From NCBI GenBank assembly GCA_965248195.1, contig CBDFIQ010000002.1:672001-736000 (forward strand): a stretch of 64,000 nucleotides of DNA, written 5' to 3'. The position numbers were made by a program, and so were the translations under genes. Under the pieces are notes generated by a model. The model had not been told where the DNA came from, did not search any database, and saw only the letters and a program-made list of their open reading frames with translations. Below, in pieces: positions 1 through 9,959 of the stretch. Source of the stretch: Longimicrobiales bacterium. GTDB lineage: Bacteria > Gemmatimonadota > Gemmatimonadetes > Longimicrobiales > Gaopeijiaceae. Every line of letters begins with the position of its first letter. The first letter of the stretch is position 1.

Positions 1-850
1 CGACGAAGCGCGCCGTTCCCGTGTTGTAGTTCACGTTGATCGTGGCGTTGATACCACTCACGAGGCCGGTCGTCAGACCCGTGGTCCGGCCATACTTCTG
101 GACCGCCTGCCCGAGCGTCGCGGTCCTCGTCCCCGCCCGCGGTTCACCGTACCCGTCTTCCGGCGTGCTCGTCCCCAGGTTTTCGGAGGAGGTGAGCGCA
201 GTGGCCGCGTCGATTCGGTTGCCCGGACACGTCAGCGCCTTACAGAAACGCAAGGGCTCGAAGTCGTGCAGCGTGCCGATGGAGTTCGCCGGATCGGTGC
301 CTCCGTCTACTCTCCCCGGCTGGAGAATATCGTCTCCCCGACTGGCGTCATTCCGGTTCGCGAAGACGTGGTTGTTGCTCAGAGCGAACGTGCGACGGCC
401 GTCGCTGACGCGTGCGCCGATCGTTCCTGCCGTAACGTCGGGCTGGCCTCCCGACACGCCGATCGGCACCGGGCGAGGGAAGCGGCCCCTCCGGTCGACC
501 GGACGATCCGCCTCCTTCGCTCGCGGCCCATCCCCGAGTGCCCAGAATTCGCCGGTGACTTCGGTGTGTACAGCGGTGCCGTCGAGCATCGCCGGCAGGC
601 CCAGGACACCCGGTCGCGCTGTGTAGACAAGCACCACCGGAGCGCCGTCGGCATCAAGGCCCACCGCTGTGCCCACGACGCCATCGATTCCGAGCAGATC
701 CGGCGTGTAGGTGTCCTGGGTGGCCATCGCCGTAGAAAGGGCCATGGCCTCCGTCCATCGCGCACCGATCGCCGAGGGGGATGGCAGGAATAGCTGAGCG
801 AGCAACGCCCCCATGAATGTGAGCTCGGACCAGCGCCCCCATCGTTTCAT
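1..850 (-). CDS. Secreted trypsin-like (S1, NAL1-like) serine protease, 3' end beyond the window edge
   Basis: Not in the ORF track. Hand translation from ATG 850 (GGAGGGG RBS) is open to the edge: MKRWGRWSELTFMGALLAQLFLP...PVPIGVSGG..TAGTIGARV...ALSNNHVFAN...ILQPGRVDGG...IDAA...VQKYGRTTGLTTG. Catalytic His and Asp motifs are visible; the Ser motif lies outside the window. Confidence 0.8.
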   Translation of the reverse strand, partial: MKRWGRWSELTFMGALLAQLFLPSPSAIGARWTEAMALSTAMATQDTYTPDLLGIDGVVGTAVGLDADGAPVVLVYTARPGVLGLPAMLDGTAVHTEVTGEFWALGDGPRAKEADRPVDRRGRFPRPVPIGVSGGQPDVTAGTIGARVSDGRRTFALSNNHVFANRNDASRGDDILQPGRVDGGTDPANSIGTLHDFEPLRFCKALTCPGNRIDAATALTSSENLGTSTPEDGYGEPRAGTRTATLGQAVQKYGRTTGLTTGLVSGINATINVNYNTGTARFV

Positions 851-1169
851 CTAACCCCTCCGACCCTGGTACGGCCTTCAGACATGGTTGCAGATTCGTT
901 GAGCAGACACTGTCGCCTCCGTCCGTTCCTATTACATACGGGTGAACCATGGACGAAGGTTCCAAAACCGAGCGTCACACGTGCGAGGACCTGACCCATT
1001 GCCTCATTCAGGTGGCGTTCTAAGATTTTGGGGTGAGGGCGGCACCGGCATCGTCCGGGGAGGCCACGAAAACTCGTTCGTTCTGACGAAGAGGCGGTCC
1101 ATACAAGTGACTGGGACAGAAGGGATGCGGTTCCCCGGGACCGCCGAGCGGTTGCGCCTGATACGCCCC

Positions 1170-3035
1170 ATGCGGCTCATCCGTGGGCGCACGCTGGCGG
1201 CTGCCTGGGTGATCTTGGCGGGTTGCGGGGGCGTATCCTCCGTCGGGAGTGGCGGTGGGGTCTCCTCACCCTCCGGGTCCAATGGGGAAGCGCCGCTGGC
1301 CACCACGACCCTATTCGTCCGCTCCGTCGATGCCTTTCCGGTGCATGACGAGAACGGCAGGGCCTACGATCCTCCGTTTCTTGGTGGCTTCAACGTGCCG
1401 CGTCCACAGTTCGCCGACATCGACGGCGACGGGGACGTCGATCTGTTCCTTCAGGAACGCCCGGGCGAGTTGATGCTGTTCGAGAACGTCGGGGGGCCGA
1501 CCCGGCCGGAGTTCGTGTGGCGGACAGACCGATACCAGAACCTGTCGGTGGGGGAGTGGACCCGCTTCGTCGACTTCGACCGCGATGGTGATCTCGACCT
1601 CTTGAGCGAGCGGCTGTTCAGTTACCTGCAGTACTTCCGCAATGACGGTACGGCGCGCGCCGCGGCCTTCACCCCGGTTGGGGATTCCGTGCGGGACGTC
1701 ACGGGCGAGCCCGTTTTCGCGGATCGCCAGAACATTCCCAACGTCAACGACATCGACTGCGATGGCGATTGGGATCTTTTCCTCGGTCGCGTTACCGGCA
1801 CGCTCAGCCGCTATGAGGTGGCCGAGATGACGGATGACGGAGTCCCCGTGTTTCGTTTCTTGGAGGATCGCTTTCAGGGAATCGAAATCGTGGCCCAGCT
1901 CGGCAGCCTGCACGGCGCCAATTCGATGGCCTTCGCAGATATCGACCAGGATGGAGACCTCGACTTCTTTTGGGGTGATTTTTTCGAACCCAGTGTGCTC
2001 TTCGTGGAAAACACGGGTTCGTGCAGCGAGCCAATCCTCAGCGCGGATCCACTGCCCTTCGTCGTGGACGATACGATCGCCACGAGCGGGTACAACGTGC
2101 CGGTTCTCGAAGACGTGGACTCCGACGGCGATCTCGACCTGTTCGTGGGCGTGCTCGGCGGCGCCTTCAATCCGAATCTGACGGCCACTCGGAACTTCCA
2201 TTTCTATGAGCAGGTGAACGGCGCCTTCATCCACCGCACCGAGCGCTTCGTTTACACGCTCGATGTCGGAAGCGAGAGCATTCCCGCGCTGGCCGACCTG
2301 GACGGGGACGGTGATCTGGACCTGCTTGTGGCCAACAAATTGGACCCGGACGACACGCAGACGTCCCGCCTGTATCACTTTGAGAACGTGGGGTCGCAGC
2401 GGGCTCCTTCGTTTGAGCAACGCGCCTTTGTTCCGCTCTTCACCATGTATCACTATGCGCCGGCTCTGGGTGACCTGGACGGCGACGGTGACTTGGACAT
2501 GCTCGTCGGCACGTGGAACCGGGGCGTCGCGCTCTACGTGAATCAGGGTACGCGTGCGGAGCCGGAATTCGTCCTCCAGGACACGACCCTCGTGCGGCTC
2601 ACACGGGGGAGCAACAGCGCGCCCGCCCTGACCGATGTCGATGGCGATGGAGATCTCGATCTCTTTATCGGAGAGTCGTCGGGCGAGCTCAACTTCTACC
2701 GGAACGTCGGGACGCCGCAGGCTCCGTCGTTCGCCCTCGTGACCGATCGCTTCGGAGAGATCGATGCGGGCCGGAGAAGCTTTCCCGCCTTCGCGGATGT
2801 CGACGGTGACGGTGACCAGGACCTGCTGCTCGGCCGCGAGGAGGGTGGCGTGCTTCTTTACCGAAGAGAGGGTTTGCCGGCGGACGCCGATCCCGTTTTC
2901 GTCCTGGAATCGACGTTCACGCTGCCGCTCCCCAGGTATTCCACGCCATCGCTCGTGGACATCGACGGTGACGGCGACCTCGACGTCTTCTCGGGGGGGC
3001 TGGGTGGGGGTCTGATCTTCTTAGAAGGCCGTTAG
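1170..3035 (+). CDS. FG-GAP/VCBS repeat beta-propeller lipoprotein
   Basis: About ten DxDGDGDxDL repeats; lipobox ILAGC after ATG 1170 (start uncertain, ORF open from 942). Confidence 0.85.
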   Translation: MRLIRGRTLAAAWVILAGCGGVSSVGSGGGVSSPSGSNGEAPLATTTLFVRSVDAFPVHDENGRAYDPPFLGGFNVPRPQFADIDGDGDVDLFLQERPGELMLFENVGGPTRPEFVWRTDRYQNLSVGEWTRFVDFDRDGDLDLLSERLFSYLQYFRNDGTARAAAFTPVGDSVRDVTGEPVFADRQNIPNVNDIDCDGDWDLFLGRVTGTLSRYEVAEMTDDGVPVFRFLEDRFQGIEIVAQLGSLHGANSMAFADIDQDGDLDFFWGDFFEPSVLFVENTGSCSEPILSADPLPFVVDDTIATSGYNVPVLEDVDSDGDLDLFVGVLGGAFNPNLTATRNFHFYEQVNGAFIHRTERFVYTLDVGSESIPALADLDGDGDLDLLVANKLDPDDTQTSRLYHFENVGSQRAPSFEQRAFVPLFTMYHYAPALGDLDGDGDLDMLVGTWNRGVALYVNQGTRAEPEFVLQDTTLVRLTRGSNSAPALTDVDGDGDLDLFIGESSGELNFYRNVGTPQAPSFALVTDRFGEIDAGRRSFPAFADVDGDGDQDLLLGREEGGVLLYRREGLPADADPVFVLESTFTLPLPRYSTPSLVDIDGDGDLDVFSGGLGGGLIFLEGR

Positions 3036-3111
3036 TATTACGAACGGAGCCGATCGAGGGGGATCGCAGGGTCCCGCTTCGGGGCGTCGCGGGTCATGGC
3101 ATCGAGCACCG

Positions 3112-4527
3112 TTACAGCATGAAGCCCACACCCAGGAACAACGTCAGGGCGCCGGCCGCAGCCAGGAGCGCGTAGGGAAGCTGCGTGCGAACGTGGTCGA
3201 TATGGTCTGTCGCGGAGGCCATCGACGCCACGATCGTACTGTCGGAGATCGGCGAACAGTGATCCCCGAAAATTCCACCGCCCAGGGCGGCCGCCAGTGT
3301 GAGCCCGAGGTGTAGATCGAGCAGCTCGGCCATTGGGACGACGATCGGAATCATGATCGCGAAGGTGCCCCACGACGTTCCCGTCGAGAAGGCCATGATA
3401 CACGCGAGCACGAAGACGATGGCCGGCACCAAGCCCGGGTTCACACCCGCCTGCGCAACCTGAGCCAGCCACACTCCTGTGCCCAGGGCCTGCTGGGTTC
3501 CCGCGATCGAAAACGCCAACGCGAGCACGATCACGACGGGCGTAAGTCCCTGAATGCCCTTGATCGTGTAGGCGGTCACCTCCCGGAACGTCATGATCCC
3601 CTGCGCCCGATACATGACGGCAGCGAGCAGGATCCCGACGATCACGCCCCAGAGCACGGCGTCCGACCCGCTCCCCTGCAGCATCTCCCCATCTCCGGTG
3701 ATCCACAGGACCAGGGGTACGGTGGCCACCATGGCGATGACCGGAAGAAGCATGTTGATCGCCCGCTGCGGTACACCCTCCTTGGCCGCCAACATGGAAA
3801 CGTCCGAGGACATCATGGGTTCGGCTCCGTCGCGGAGGAGCTTGCCTTCCTCCCGCATGCGGCGCTCGGCCTCGCGCATGAGTCCGATATTCCAGTCGGT
3901 GAGGGCCACGAACACGACCAGGACAATGGAGAGGATCGCGTAAAAATTCAGCGTGAGCGCCGAGAGGAGCACTCGATTCGGCTCGGCCACGTTCTGCGCG
4001 ACGAGGAGCGTCACGATATAGGCGCCCCAGGCGTTGATCGGGATTAGAAGCTGCTTGGGTGCGCACGTCGCGTCGAGGATATAGCTCAGTTTTTCACGGG
4101 AAATCTTGGCCCGATCGAAGAGTGGGCGCGAGACGGAGCCCGCCACGAGCAGGCCGAAGTTCGATTCGAGGAACAGAGACATGCTGGTGCCGATGGCGAA
4201 CAGCCGCACAGTGCGGCGATTCTGGCCCAACCGCCTTCGCTCGACCCAGTTGATAAATCCTTCCATGCCGCCGGAGGCTTGCGTCAAGGTGATGATCGCA
4301 CCGATCAGCGCGGAGAAGACGAGCGTCCTTGCGTTGCCGGGGCTGGTGATCGCGTCCAGGAAGGTGTTTACGCCGTCGACCAATCCCACGATGGGATTCC
4401 ACGAGTTCATGATGGTCCAGCCCAACCAGACGAACGTGGCCAGCGAGATGTAGACCTCCCGAGTCTTGATGGCCAACGCGATGGCTACCACAGGTGGGAG
4501 AATCGAAAGCCATCCGATGGTCTCCAT
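3112..4527 (-). CDS. Na+/H+ antiporter NhaC family transporter
   Basis: WLSILPP N-terminus, SREKLSYILD, FSTGTSWGTFAI, GGIFGDHCSPISDSTI, DHVRTQLPYA motifs; polytopic. Confidence 0.88.
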   Translation of the reverse strand: METIGWLSILPPVVAIALAIKTREVYISLATFVWLGWTIMNSWNPIVGLVDGVNTFLDAITSPGNARTLVFSALIGAIITLTQASGGMEGFINWVERRRLGQNRRTVRLFAIGTSMSLFLESNFGLLVAGSVSRPLFDRAKISREKLSYILDATCAPKQLLIPINAWGAYIVTLLVAQNVAEPNRVLLSALTLNFYAILSIVLVVFVALTDWNIGLMREAERRMREEGKLLRDGAEPMMSSDVSMLAAKEGVPQRAINMLLPVIAMVATVPLVLWITGDGEMLQGSGSDAVLWGVIVGILLAAVMYRAQGIMTFREVTAYTIKGIQGLTPVVIVLALAFSIAGTQQALGTGVWLAQVAQAGVNPGLVPAIVFVLACIMAFSTGTSWGTFAIMIPIVVPMAELLDLHLGLTLAAALGGGIFGDHCSPISDSTIVASMASATDHIDHVRTQLPYALLAAAGALTLFLGVGFML

Positions 4528-4532
4528 GTCGG

Positions 4533-4892
4533 CTATTCGCTCTCCACGATGCGTATTTCATCCGGTCCGTTGGGGACGACACACAGGAACGAAAATTCAT
4601 CGGGCCCGAGCGATTCGTACCAGTGCGGTACGCCCGCCGGAATGAAGACGACGTCACCCTGAGTGACTTCGATGACGTCATCTCCAATACCGACTCGCGC
4701 CGCCCCCCCCAGCACGTACTGTTCGTGCTCCACGGCGTTCGTGTGATTCGGCATCCCCCCTCCGGGCGCCATGACAAAACGCCGCATCGAGAAGTTCGGC
4801 CCTTCCTCCGGACCGATGAGGACCTGGCGGATGGTGCCGGAGCCGGCGCTCACCGGCTCCACGGGAACTTCGTGGATGTTTTTACGAGACAC
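4533..4892 (-). CDS. Cupin domain protein
   Basis: PGGGMPNHTNAVEHEQYVLGG and GDVVFIPAGVPHWY cupin motifs. Confidence 0.88.
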   Translation of the reverse strand: MSRKNIHEVPVEPVSAGSGTIRQVLIGPEEGPNFSMRRFVMAPGGGMPNHTNAVEHEQYVLGGAARVGIGDDVIEVTQGDVVFIPAGVPHWYESLGPDEFSFLCVVPNGPDEIRIVESE

Positions 4893-5068
4893 GTGCTCAC
4901 TCCTCCGGCTAACGGTCGCGGAAAATTTCTCGGTGAGCCAGCCGACATGGTTGGTATCCGGCGTGGTTCATCGTACGATGCCCCTTGAGTGTGGGGTCCC
5001 ACTTCAGGGACACCACACTACGATATCCATTCCTTGGGCAATCGCAATTCTGAAACCCGAAGCGTCCC

Positions 5069-5872
5069 ATGTACGAGCGGATCGTTTGTCTGACCGAAGA
5101 AACCACGGAGACGCTGTACACGATCGGCGAGGACTGGCGCATTGTCGGAATATCCGGATTCACGGTTCGGCCCCCTCGCGCCCGACGGGAAAAGCCGAGA
5201 GTCTCTGCCTTCAAGAGCGCCAAGATCGACGAAATTCTAGGTCTCCGGCCTGACCTGGTTCTGGGGTTCTCGGACATCCAGGCCGACATCGCTGCGCGGT
5301 TGATTGGCCATGGTGTCGAGGTCCATGTGTTCAACCACCGAAGCGTGGACGGCATCCTGCGGATGATCCGGACGCTAGGGGCGATGGTGGGGTGCGCCGA
5401 GAAAGGGGAAGAGCTCGCGGTCCAGCTCGCCGCGAATCTCACCAGGGTCCAGGAGCGGGCCAGCGGCTTTCCGGAGCGGCCCCGCATCTATTTCGAGGAG
5501 TGGAGTGATCCGATGATTTCGGGCATCCGCTGGGTTTCGGAGCTGGTGGGCTACGCCGGCGGGGAGGACTGTTTTCCCGAGTTGTCCGAGTCCTCCCTCG
5601 CGAAGGGCCGGATCATCGAGGATCCGCAGGAGGTCGTACGTAGGGCGCCGGACATCATCATCGGTTCGTGGTGCGGCCGGAAATTCCGCCCAGAGAAGGT
5701 CCTTGGGCGGCCGGGATGGAAGACGGTTCCGGCGGTCCGTGATGGGCACGTCTACGAGATCAAATCCTCGGTCATTCTTCAGCCGGGCCCCGCGGCGCTC
5801 ACCGAGGGCGTCTCGGCTATCCAGACGCTCATCGAGAGATGGACGAGGTGGCGAGGAGCCGAAGCCGAGTAG
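5069..5872 (+). CDS. BtuF-like cobalamin/Fe-siderophore binding protein (helical backbone fold)
   Basis: RIVCLTEETTETLY, LRPDLVLGFSD, YFEEWSDPMI, ILQPGPA motifs; no signal peptide. Confidence 0.8.
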   Translation: MYERIVCLTEETTETLYTIGEDWRIVGISGFTVRPPRARREKPRVSAFKSAKIDEILGLRPDLVLGFSDIQADIAARLIGHGVEVHVFNHRSVDGILRMIRTLGAMVGCAEKGEELAVQLAANLTRVQERASGFPERPRIYFEEWSDPMISGIRWVSELVGYAGGEDCFPELSESSLAKGRIIEDPQEVVRRAPDIIIGSWCGRKFRPEKVLGRPGWKTVPAVRDGHVYEIKSSVILQPGPAALTEGVSAIQTLIERWTRWRGAEAE

Positions 5873-5937
5873 AGGACGGGTTCGGATCCGTACCAGTTAA
5901 ATATATTCATCCAACCGGTCAATCGGAGAACGAAGCC

Positions 5938-6355
5938 ATGGCGGAGACAGAGGGGGTAAAGGAGACAGGTGGCGACAAGAAGCTGCCTAATGCGGGGCTG
6001 ACCGAGGTGGGACAGATCGCGGTGACTGTCAGACGTCGGGCGGGCTACGGCGTTCTACCGCAATGTATTGGGCGTTCCGTTCCTATTCGACGCGCCAGGG
6101 CTGGCGTTCTTCGACCTCGGTGGAGTACGCCTGATGCTGAGCCGGCCGGAGGGCGTGGGGCCATCCGCGTCGCTGCTGTACTTCCGGGCAGCTGACATCC
6201 AGGTGGCCCACGAGACGCTCCTCAGCCACGGCGTGGACTTTATCGAGGCACCGCAAGTGGTCCATCGAACGGATGACTACGAGTTGTCCATCGCATCCTT
6301 CTACGACTCAGAGGGAAACGTCATGGCCATCATGCACGAAACGGGCACGATCTAA
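5938..6355 (+). pseudogene. VOC/glyoxalase family protein, frameshifted near 6031
   Basis: First frame gives ...GQIAVTV; a shifted frame continues DVGRATAFYRNVLGVPFLFDAPGLAFFDLGGVRLML...FYDSEGNVMAI. May be a sequencing error. Confidence 0.75.
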
Positions 6356-6410
6356 CCGGGCACCTCACGGGGCCAGGCTCTCGCCATCGGGCTTCGGTGA
6401 GCATGCGCCT

Positions 6411-7367
6411 TCAGGTGGTCGATGCGCCCGACCGTGTCTCATCGGCGGACCAGAGCCAGGCCGCCCCTCGGACGCCGCTCGAATCGCCGTGTTTATTCCG
6501 CAGGACCCGCGTGGTGAGTTGATCGGTGAGGACGTACGGAGACAGGGCTGTCTGCACGTCCTCGGGTAGCGCTGGGGAATTCGACATGCCCCCGCCTAGA
6601 ACCACGATCTCTGGGTCGACCACGTTAATGACGGCGGCAAGCCCCCGAGCCAGCCGGTCCACGTAGCGGCCATATGAGGCTGAGGCATCGTCGTCATCCC
6701 CGGCGGCTTTAGCCACGATCTCGTGAGTCGAGAGCCGCTGTCCCGTGACCGCTTCGTGATCCCGCACCATGCCGGGTCCGGACACGTAGGTCTCCATGCA
6801 ACCGTTCCGTCCGCAGTAGCAGTCCGGCCCCGGCCACTCCCCATCTCTTGGCCAGGGGAGTGAATTGTGGCCCCACTCTCCTCCGATACCCTGGTGTCCC
6901 TCCAAAACGTGGCCCTCGACCACGATGCCCGCGCCGACTCCGGTCCCAAGGATGACGCCAAACACCACGGACGCCCCCATGCCCGCACCGTCGGTGGCCT
7001 CGGAGAGCGCGAAACAGTTCGCATCATTCATCACGCGGATCGGCCTCCCCGTGTTCGCTTCGAGGTCCTTGTCGAACGCGTGGCCGTTCAGCCATGTAGA
7101 GTTCGAGTTTTTCACGACACGCGTTGCGGGCGAGAGGGTTCCGGGGATGCCCACGCCGACCGAGCCGCGCCCCGCGTTGCCGGTCGCAGCGGTCGCCGCC
7201 GCCTCGAGGAACCCTATGAGCCCCTCGATCGCTAGGAGCGTCTGTTGGTAGTCCTTTGGCGTTTTGATCCGCCGACGCGCGACCTCGGCTCCATCCCGGC
7301 TCAATGCCAAGCCCTCGATTTTAGTGCCACCGAGGTCGATTCCGATACGAAATATTGCGCCTTCCAT
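6411..7367 (-). CDS. ROK family sugar kinase (fructokinase Mak-like)
   Basis: IGIDLGGTK, NDANCFALSEA, GTGVGAG, GEWGH, CYCGRNGCMETY zinc motif. Confidence 0.9.
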   Translation of the reverse strand: MEGAIFRIGIDLGGTKIEGLALSRDGAEVARRRIKTPKDYQQTLLAIEGLIGFLEAAATAATGNAGRGSVGVGIPGTLSPATRVVKNSNSTWLNGHAFDKDLEANTGRPIRVMNDANCFALSEATDGAGMGASVVFGVILGTGVGAGIVVEGHVLEGHQGIGGEWGHNSLPWPRDGEWPGPDCYCGRNGCMETYVSGPGMVRDHEAVTGQRLSTHEIVAKAAGDDDDASASYGRYVDRLARGLAAVINVVDPEIVVLGGGMSNSPALPEDVQTALSPYVLTDQLTTRVLRNKHGDSSGVRGAAWLWSADETRSGASTT

Positions 7368-7466
7368 GGCGCAATATTTGCTCGGCGGGTGGGCGATGTC
7401 CAATCGTAGAGCCGTCCCAGCGCTGGTGGAGACGGGCGAGCGGCTGGCACCTGCTTCCACCGTCGG

Positions 7467-7826
7467 TCAGACCCCGGAAGCGCCCTCCCCTTCCGACGAC
7501 GCGTCCGCGTCGGGGCCAACGTCTCGCTGCGCTGGGAAAGACTGGGGCGGAGGAGGGGATTCGGGTGGCCTGGGAACGGAGAGAGCTCCGCCCAAAAGTT
7601 GCTCCGTGAAGTCGAGCCGGGCGTCCACCGAGTGGAGTCGAACGGCGAGGTCGGCGACATCCGCCCTCATGGCCTCGATGTCCCGGGAATCCCCAAGTCG
7701 TAAACGCCCTTGTGAGGGTGGCGAAATCCTCCCCACGACCCACTGGCAAAGAAGGATACCGGCAGCCCCCATCGCCCCGCCGCTCACGAAAATGGCGAGC
7801 GCACCGATGATGATCTCCGGTTCCAT
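7467..7826 (-). CDS. Hypothetical membrane-anchored coiled-coil protein
   Basis: N-terminal hydrophobic helix, then helical segment ending ARLDFTEQLL and a Pro/acidic tail. Confidence 0.6.
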   Translation of the reverse strand: MEPEIIIGALAIFVSGGAMGAAGILLCQWVVGRISPPSQGRLRLGDSRDIEAMRADVADLAVRLHSVDARLDFTEQLLGGALSVPRPPESPPPPQSFPAQRDVGPDADASSEGEGASGV

Positions 7827-8011
7827 GCAGACGCTACCTGGTGGGATGGAACCGGCCACCGAGATGGCCGGCGTGATTTCGGCGGAGAGGGGTGTAACCC
7901 CCCCCTCCCCGTTCAAGACGAAGATTCCTCACTTCGGGTTTCGCGGTCCAGCAAATATGTATGGTGCTTCAGAAATGTTTCGGGCGAGGGCCCTTCCACG
8001 CTCAATGGCCG

Positions 8012-8917
8012 TCACGGTTCGATCACGGTTCCGGCCTCACCCGCCAACATCTCTGTGATGTCTTCGAGTGCGCCGATCGTTGCCCTCTGCCCCGTCTTCT
8101 CCACAAATGTACAAGCCGCCTCGACCTTAGGTCCCATCGAGCCGGTGGGGAAGTCCTGATGGCGCAAATCGCTTGGAGACGCGTTTACGATCGGGCGCTC
8201 CTCGGGCGTACCCCAGTCGTGATAGACCGCATCGACGTCGGTTGCCAGGATCAGGCGGTCGGCTCCGATCTCCTCAGCCAGGAGCGCACTAGCCCGGTCC
8301 TTGTCGATCACCGCCTCCACTCCATGCAGTTTTCGTTGATCGTCATAGGCCGTGGGAATTCCTCCTCCTCCAGAGCAGATGACGATGACGTTGTGCTCCA
8401 GGAGCCAACGCACCGGCCGAACCTCGAACACACGTTTGGGAAGCGGTGACGGCACGACCCGCCGCCAGCCGTCGCCGTCGGGTGCGACGGACCAACCGTG
8501 GTCCGTCGCAAGTGTGCGTGCTTCATCCTCTGTGTATACCGGGCCGATGGGCTTGGTCGGATTCTGGAATGCGGGGTCGTTGCGTTCCACCTCCACCATC
8601 GTGAGTATGGTCGCGAGAGGCCGCTCGACCGGAAGAAGATTGCCCAGCTCTTGCTCGATCATGTACCCGATCATCCCCTCGCTCTCCGCACCGAGGACAT
8701 CGAGGGGGTAGGGGCGCACGTCTTCGTAGGCCGCGGCCTGCAGCGCCAGGAGACCCACTTGGGGCCCGTTTCCGTGCGTGATCACGAGCTCGTGGGCGTT
8801 TGCGACGGGCGCCAGCGCCTCGGCCGCGATCCGGACGTTCTTGCGTTGTACCGCCGCGGTGGGCTGTTCGCCCCTACGCAGAAGTGCATTCCCCCCGAGC
8901 GCTACGACGATGCGCAT
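8012..8917 (-). CDS. arcC: Carbamate kinase
   Basis: [43 protein letters not shown]. Confidence 0.96.
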   Translation of the reverse strand: MRIVVALGGNALLRRGEQPTAAVQRKNVRIAAEALAPVANAHELVITHGNGPQVGLLALQAAAYEDVRPYPLDVLGAESEGMIGYMIEQELGNLLPVERPLATILTMVEVERNDPAFQNPTKPIGPVYTEDEARTLATDHGWSVAPDGDGWRRVVPSPLPKRVFEVRPVRWLLEHNVIVICSGGGGIPTAYDDQRKLHGVEAVIDKDRASALLAEEIGADRLILATDVDAVYHDWGTPEERPIVNASPSDLRHQDFPTGSMGPKVEAACTFVEKTGQRATIGALEDITEMLAGEAGTVIEP

Positions 8918-8926
8918 TGAGGCAGA

Positions 8927-9931
8927 TCAGCCCCCGAGCGTGGCCACCAGCACCGCCTTGATGGTGTGCACCCGGTTCTCCGCTTGGTCGAACACGATCG
9001 ATTGTTCGGATTCGAATACCTCGTCGGTCACTTCCATTCCGTCCAGCCCGAACTTCTCGAACATTTCCTCTCCTATGCGCGTCTCCCTGTCGTGGAATGC
9101 GGGCAGGCAGTGGAGAAATCTTGCCGGCGGTTCCCCGGTCATGGCCATCACATCCGAGTTGACTTGGTATGGGCTCAGTAGGTCGATCCGCTCCGCCCAC
9201 TTCGCTTCGGGCTCACCCATCGACACCCACACGTCCGTGTGGAGGAAGTCCGCGTCCCGGACGCCCTCCTCTACACTTTCCGTCAGGGTAAGTGATCCGC
9301 CGGTGGTGTTCATGATTTCCCGGCACCGTCCGACGAGGTCCGCCTCGGGCCAGCACCCCTCGGGAGCCGCCAGCCGGACATCCATGCCCATCTTGGCCCC
9401 CCCGACCATCAGCGAGTTACCCATGTTGTTCCGGGCGTCGCCCAGATAGCAGAACGAGACCTCAGAAAGCGGCTTTTGGCTGTGCTCCTCCATCGTGAGC
9501 AGGTCGGCCAGCACCTGAGTGGGGTGGAACTCGTCCGTCAGGCCATTCCAGATCGGCACGCCCGCGAAACTGTCCAACTCCTCGACGATCTTCTGGCTGA
9601 ATCCCCGGTATTGGATCCCATCGTACATTCTGCCTAGCACCCGCGCCGTATCCTTGATCGATTCCTTGTGCCCAATCTGGGATCCGCTACTCGGCCCCAG
9701 GTAGGTAACGCGGCCGCCCTGATCGAAGGACGCCACCTCGAAGGCGCAGCGTGTCCGGGTGGAGGTCTTCTCGAAGATCAGCGCAATGTTCTTACCGGAC
9801 AAACGCGGGCGCTCCCGACCCTCGGCCTTTTCGCACTTCAGCGTGGCCGCCAAGTCCAAGAGGTACCGGATCTCCTCCGGTGTGAAGTCTTCGAGCTTGA
9901 GAAAGCTCCGCCGCCCGAGATCCACCGTCAT
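8927..9931 (-). CDS. arcB: Ornithine carbamoyltransferase (catabolic context)
   Basis: [33 protein letters not shown]; lies between arcA and arcC. Confidence 0.95.
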   Translation of the reverse strand: MTVDLGRRSFLKLEDFTPEEIRYLLDLAATLKCEKAEGRERPRLSGKNIALIFEKTSTRTRCAFEVASFDQGGRVTYLGPSSGSQIGHKESIKDTARVLGRMYDGIQYRGFSQKIVEELDSFAGVPIWNGLTDEFHPTQVLADLLTMEEHSQKPLSEVSFCYLGDARNNMGNSLMVGGAKMGMDVRLAAPEGCWPEADLVGRCREIMNTTGGSLTLTESVEEGVRDADFLHTDVWVSMGEPEAKWAERIDLLSPYQVNSDVMAMTGEPPARFLHCLPAFHDRETRIGEEMFEKFGLDGMEVTDEVFESEQSIVFDQAENRVHTIKAVLVATLGG

Positions 9932-9959
9932 GCACTGCCTCCTACGTTCGAGTTCCCTT

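Noticed and set aside
4988..5020. Hairpin upstream of the BtuF-like gene as a cobalamin riboswitch
   Set aside because: A single stem only; the conserved GGGAA, GCCCCCGCAACTGT and B12-box elements are not visible.
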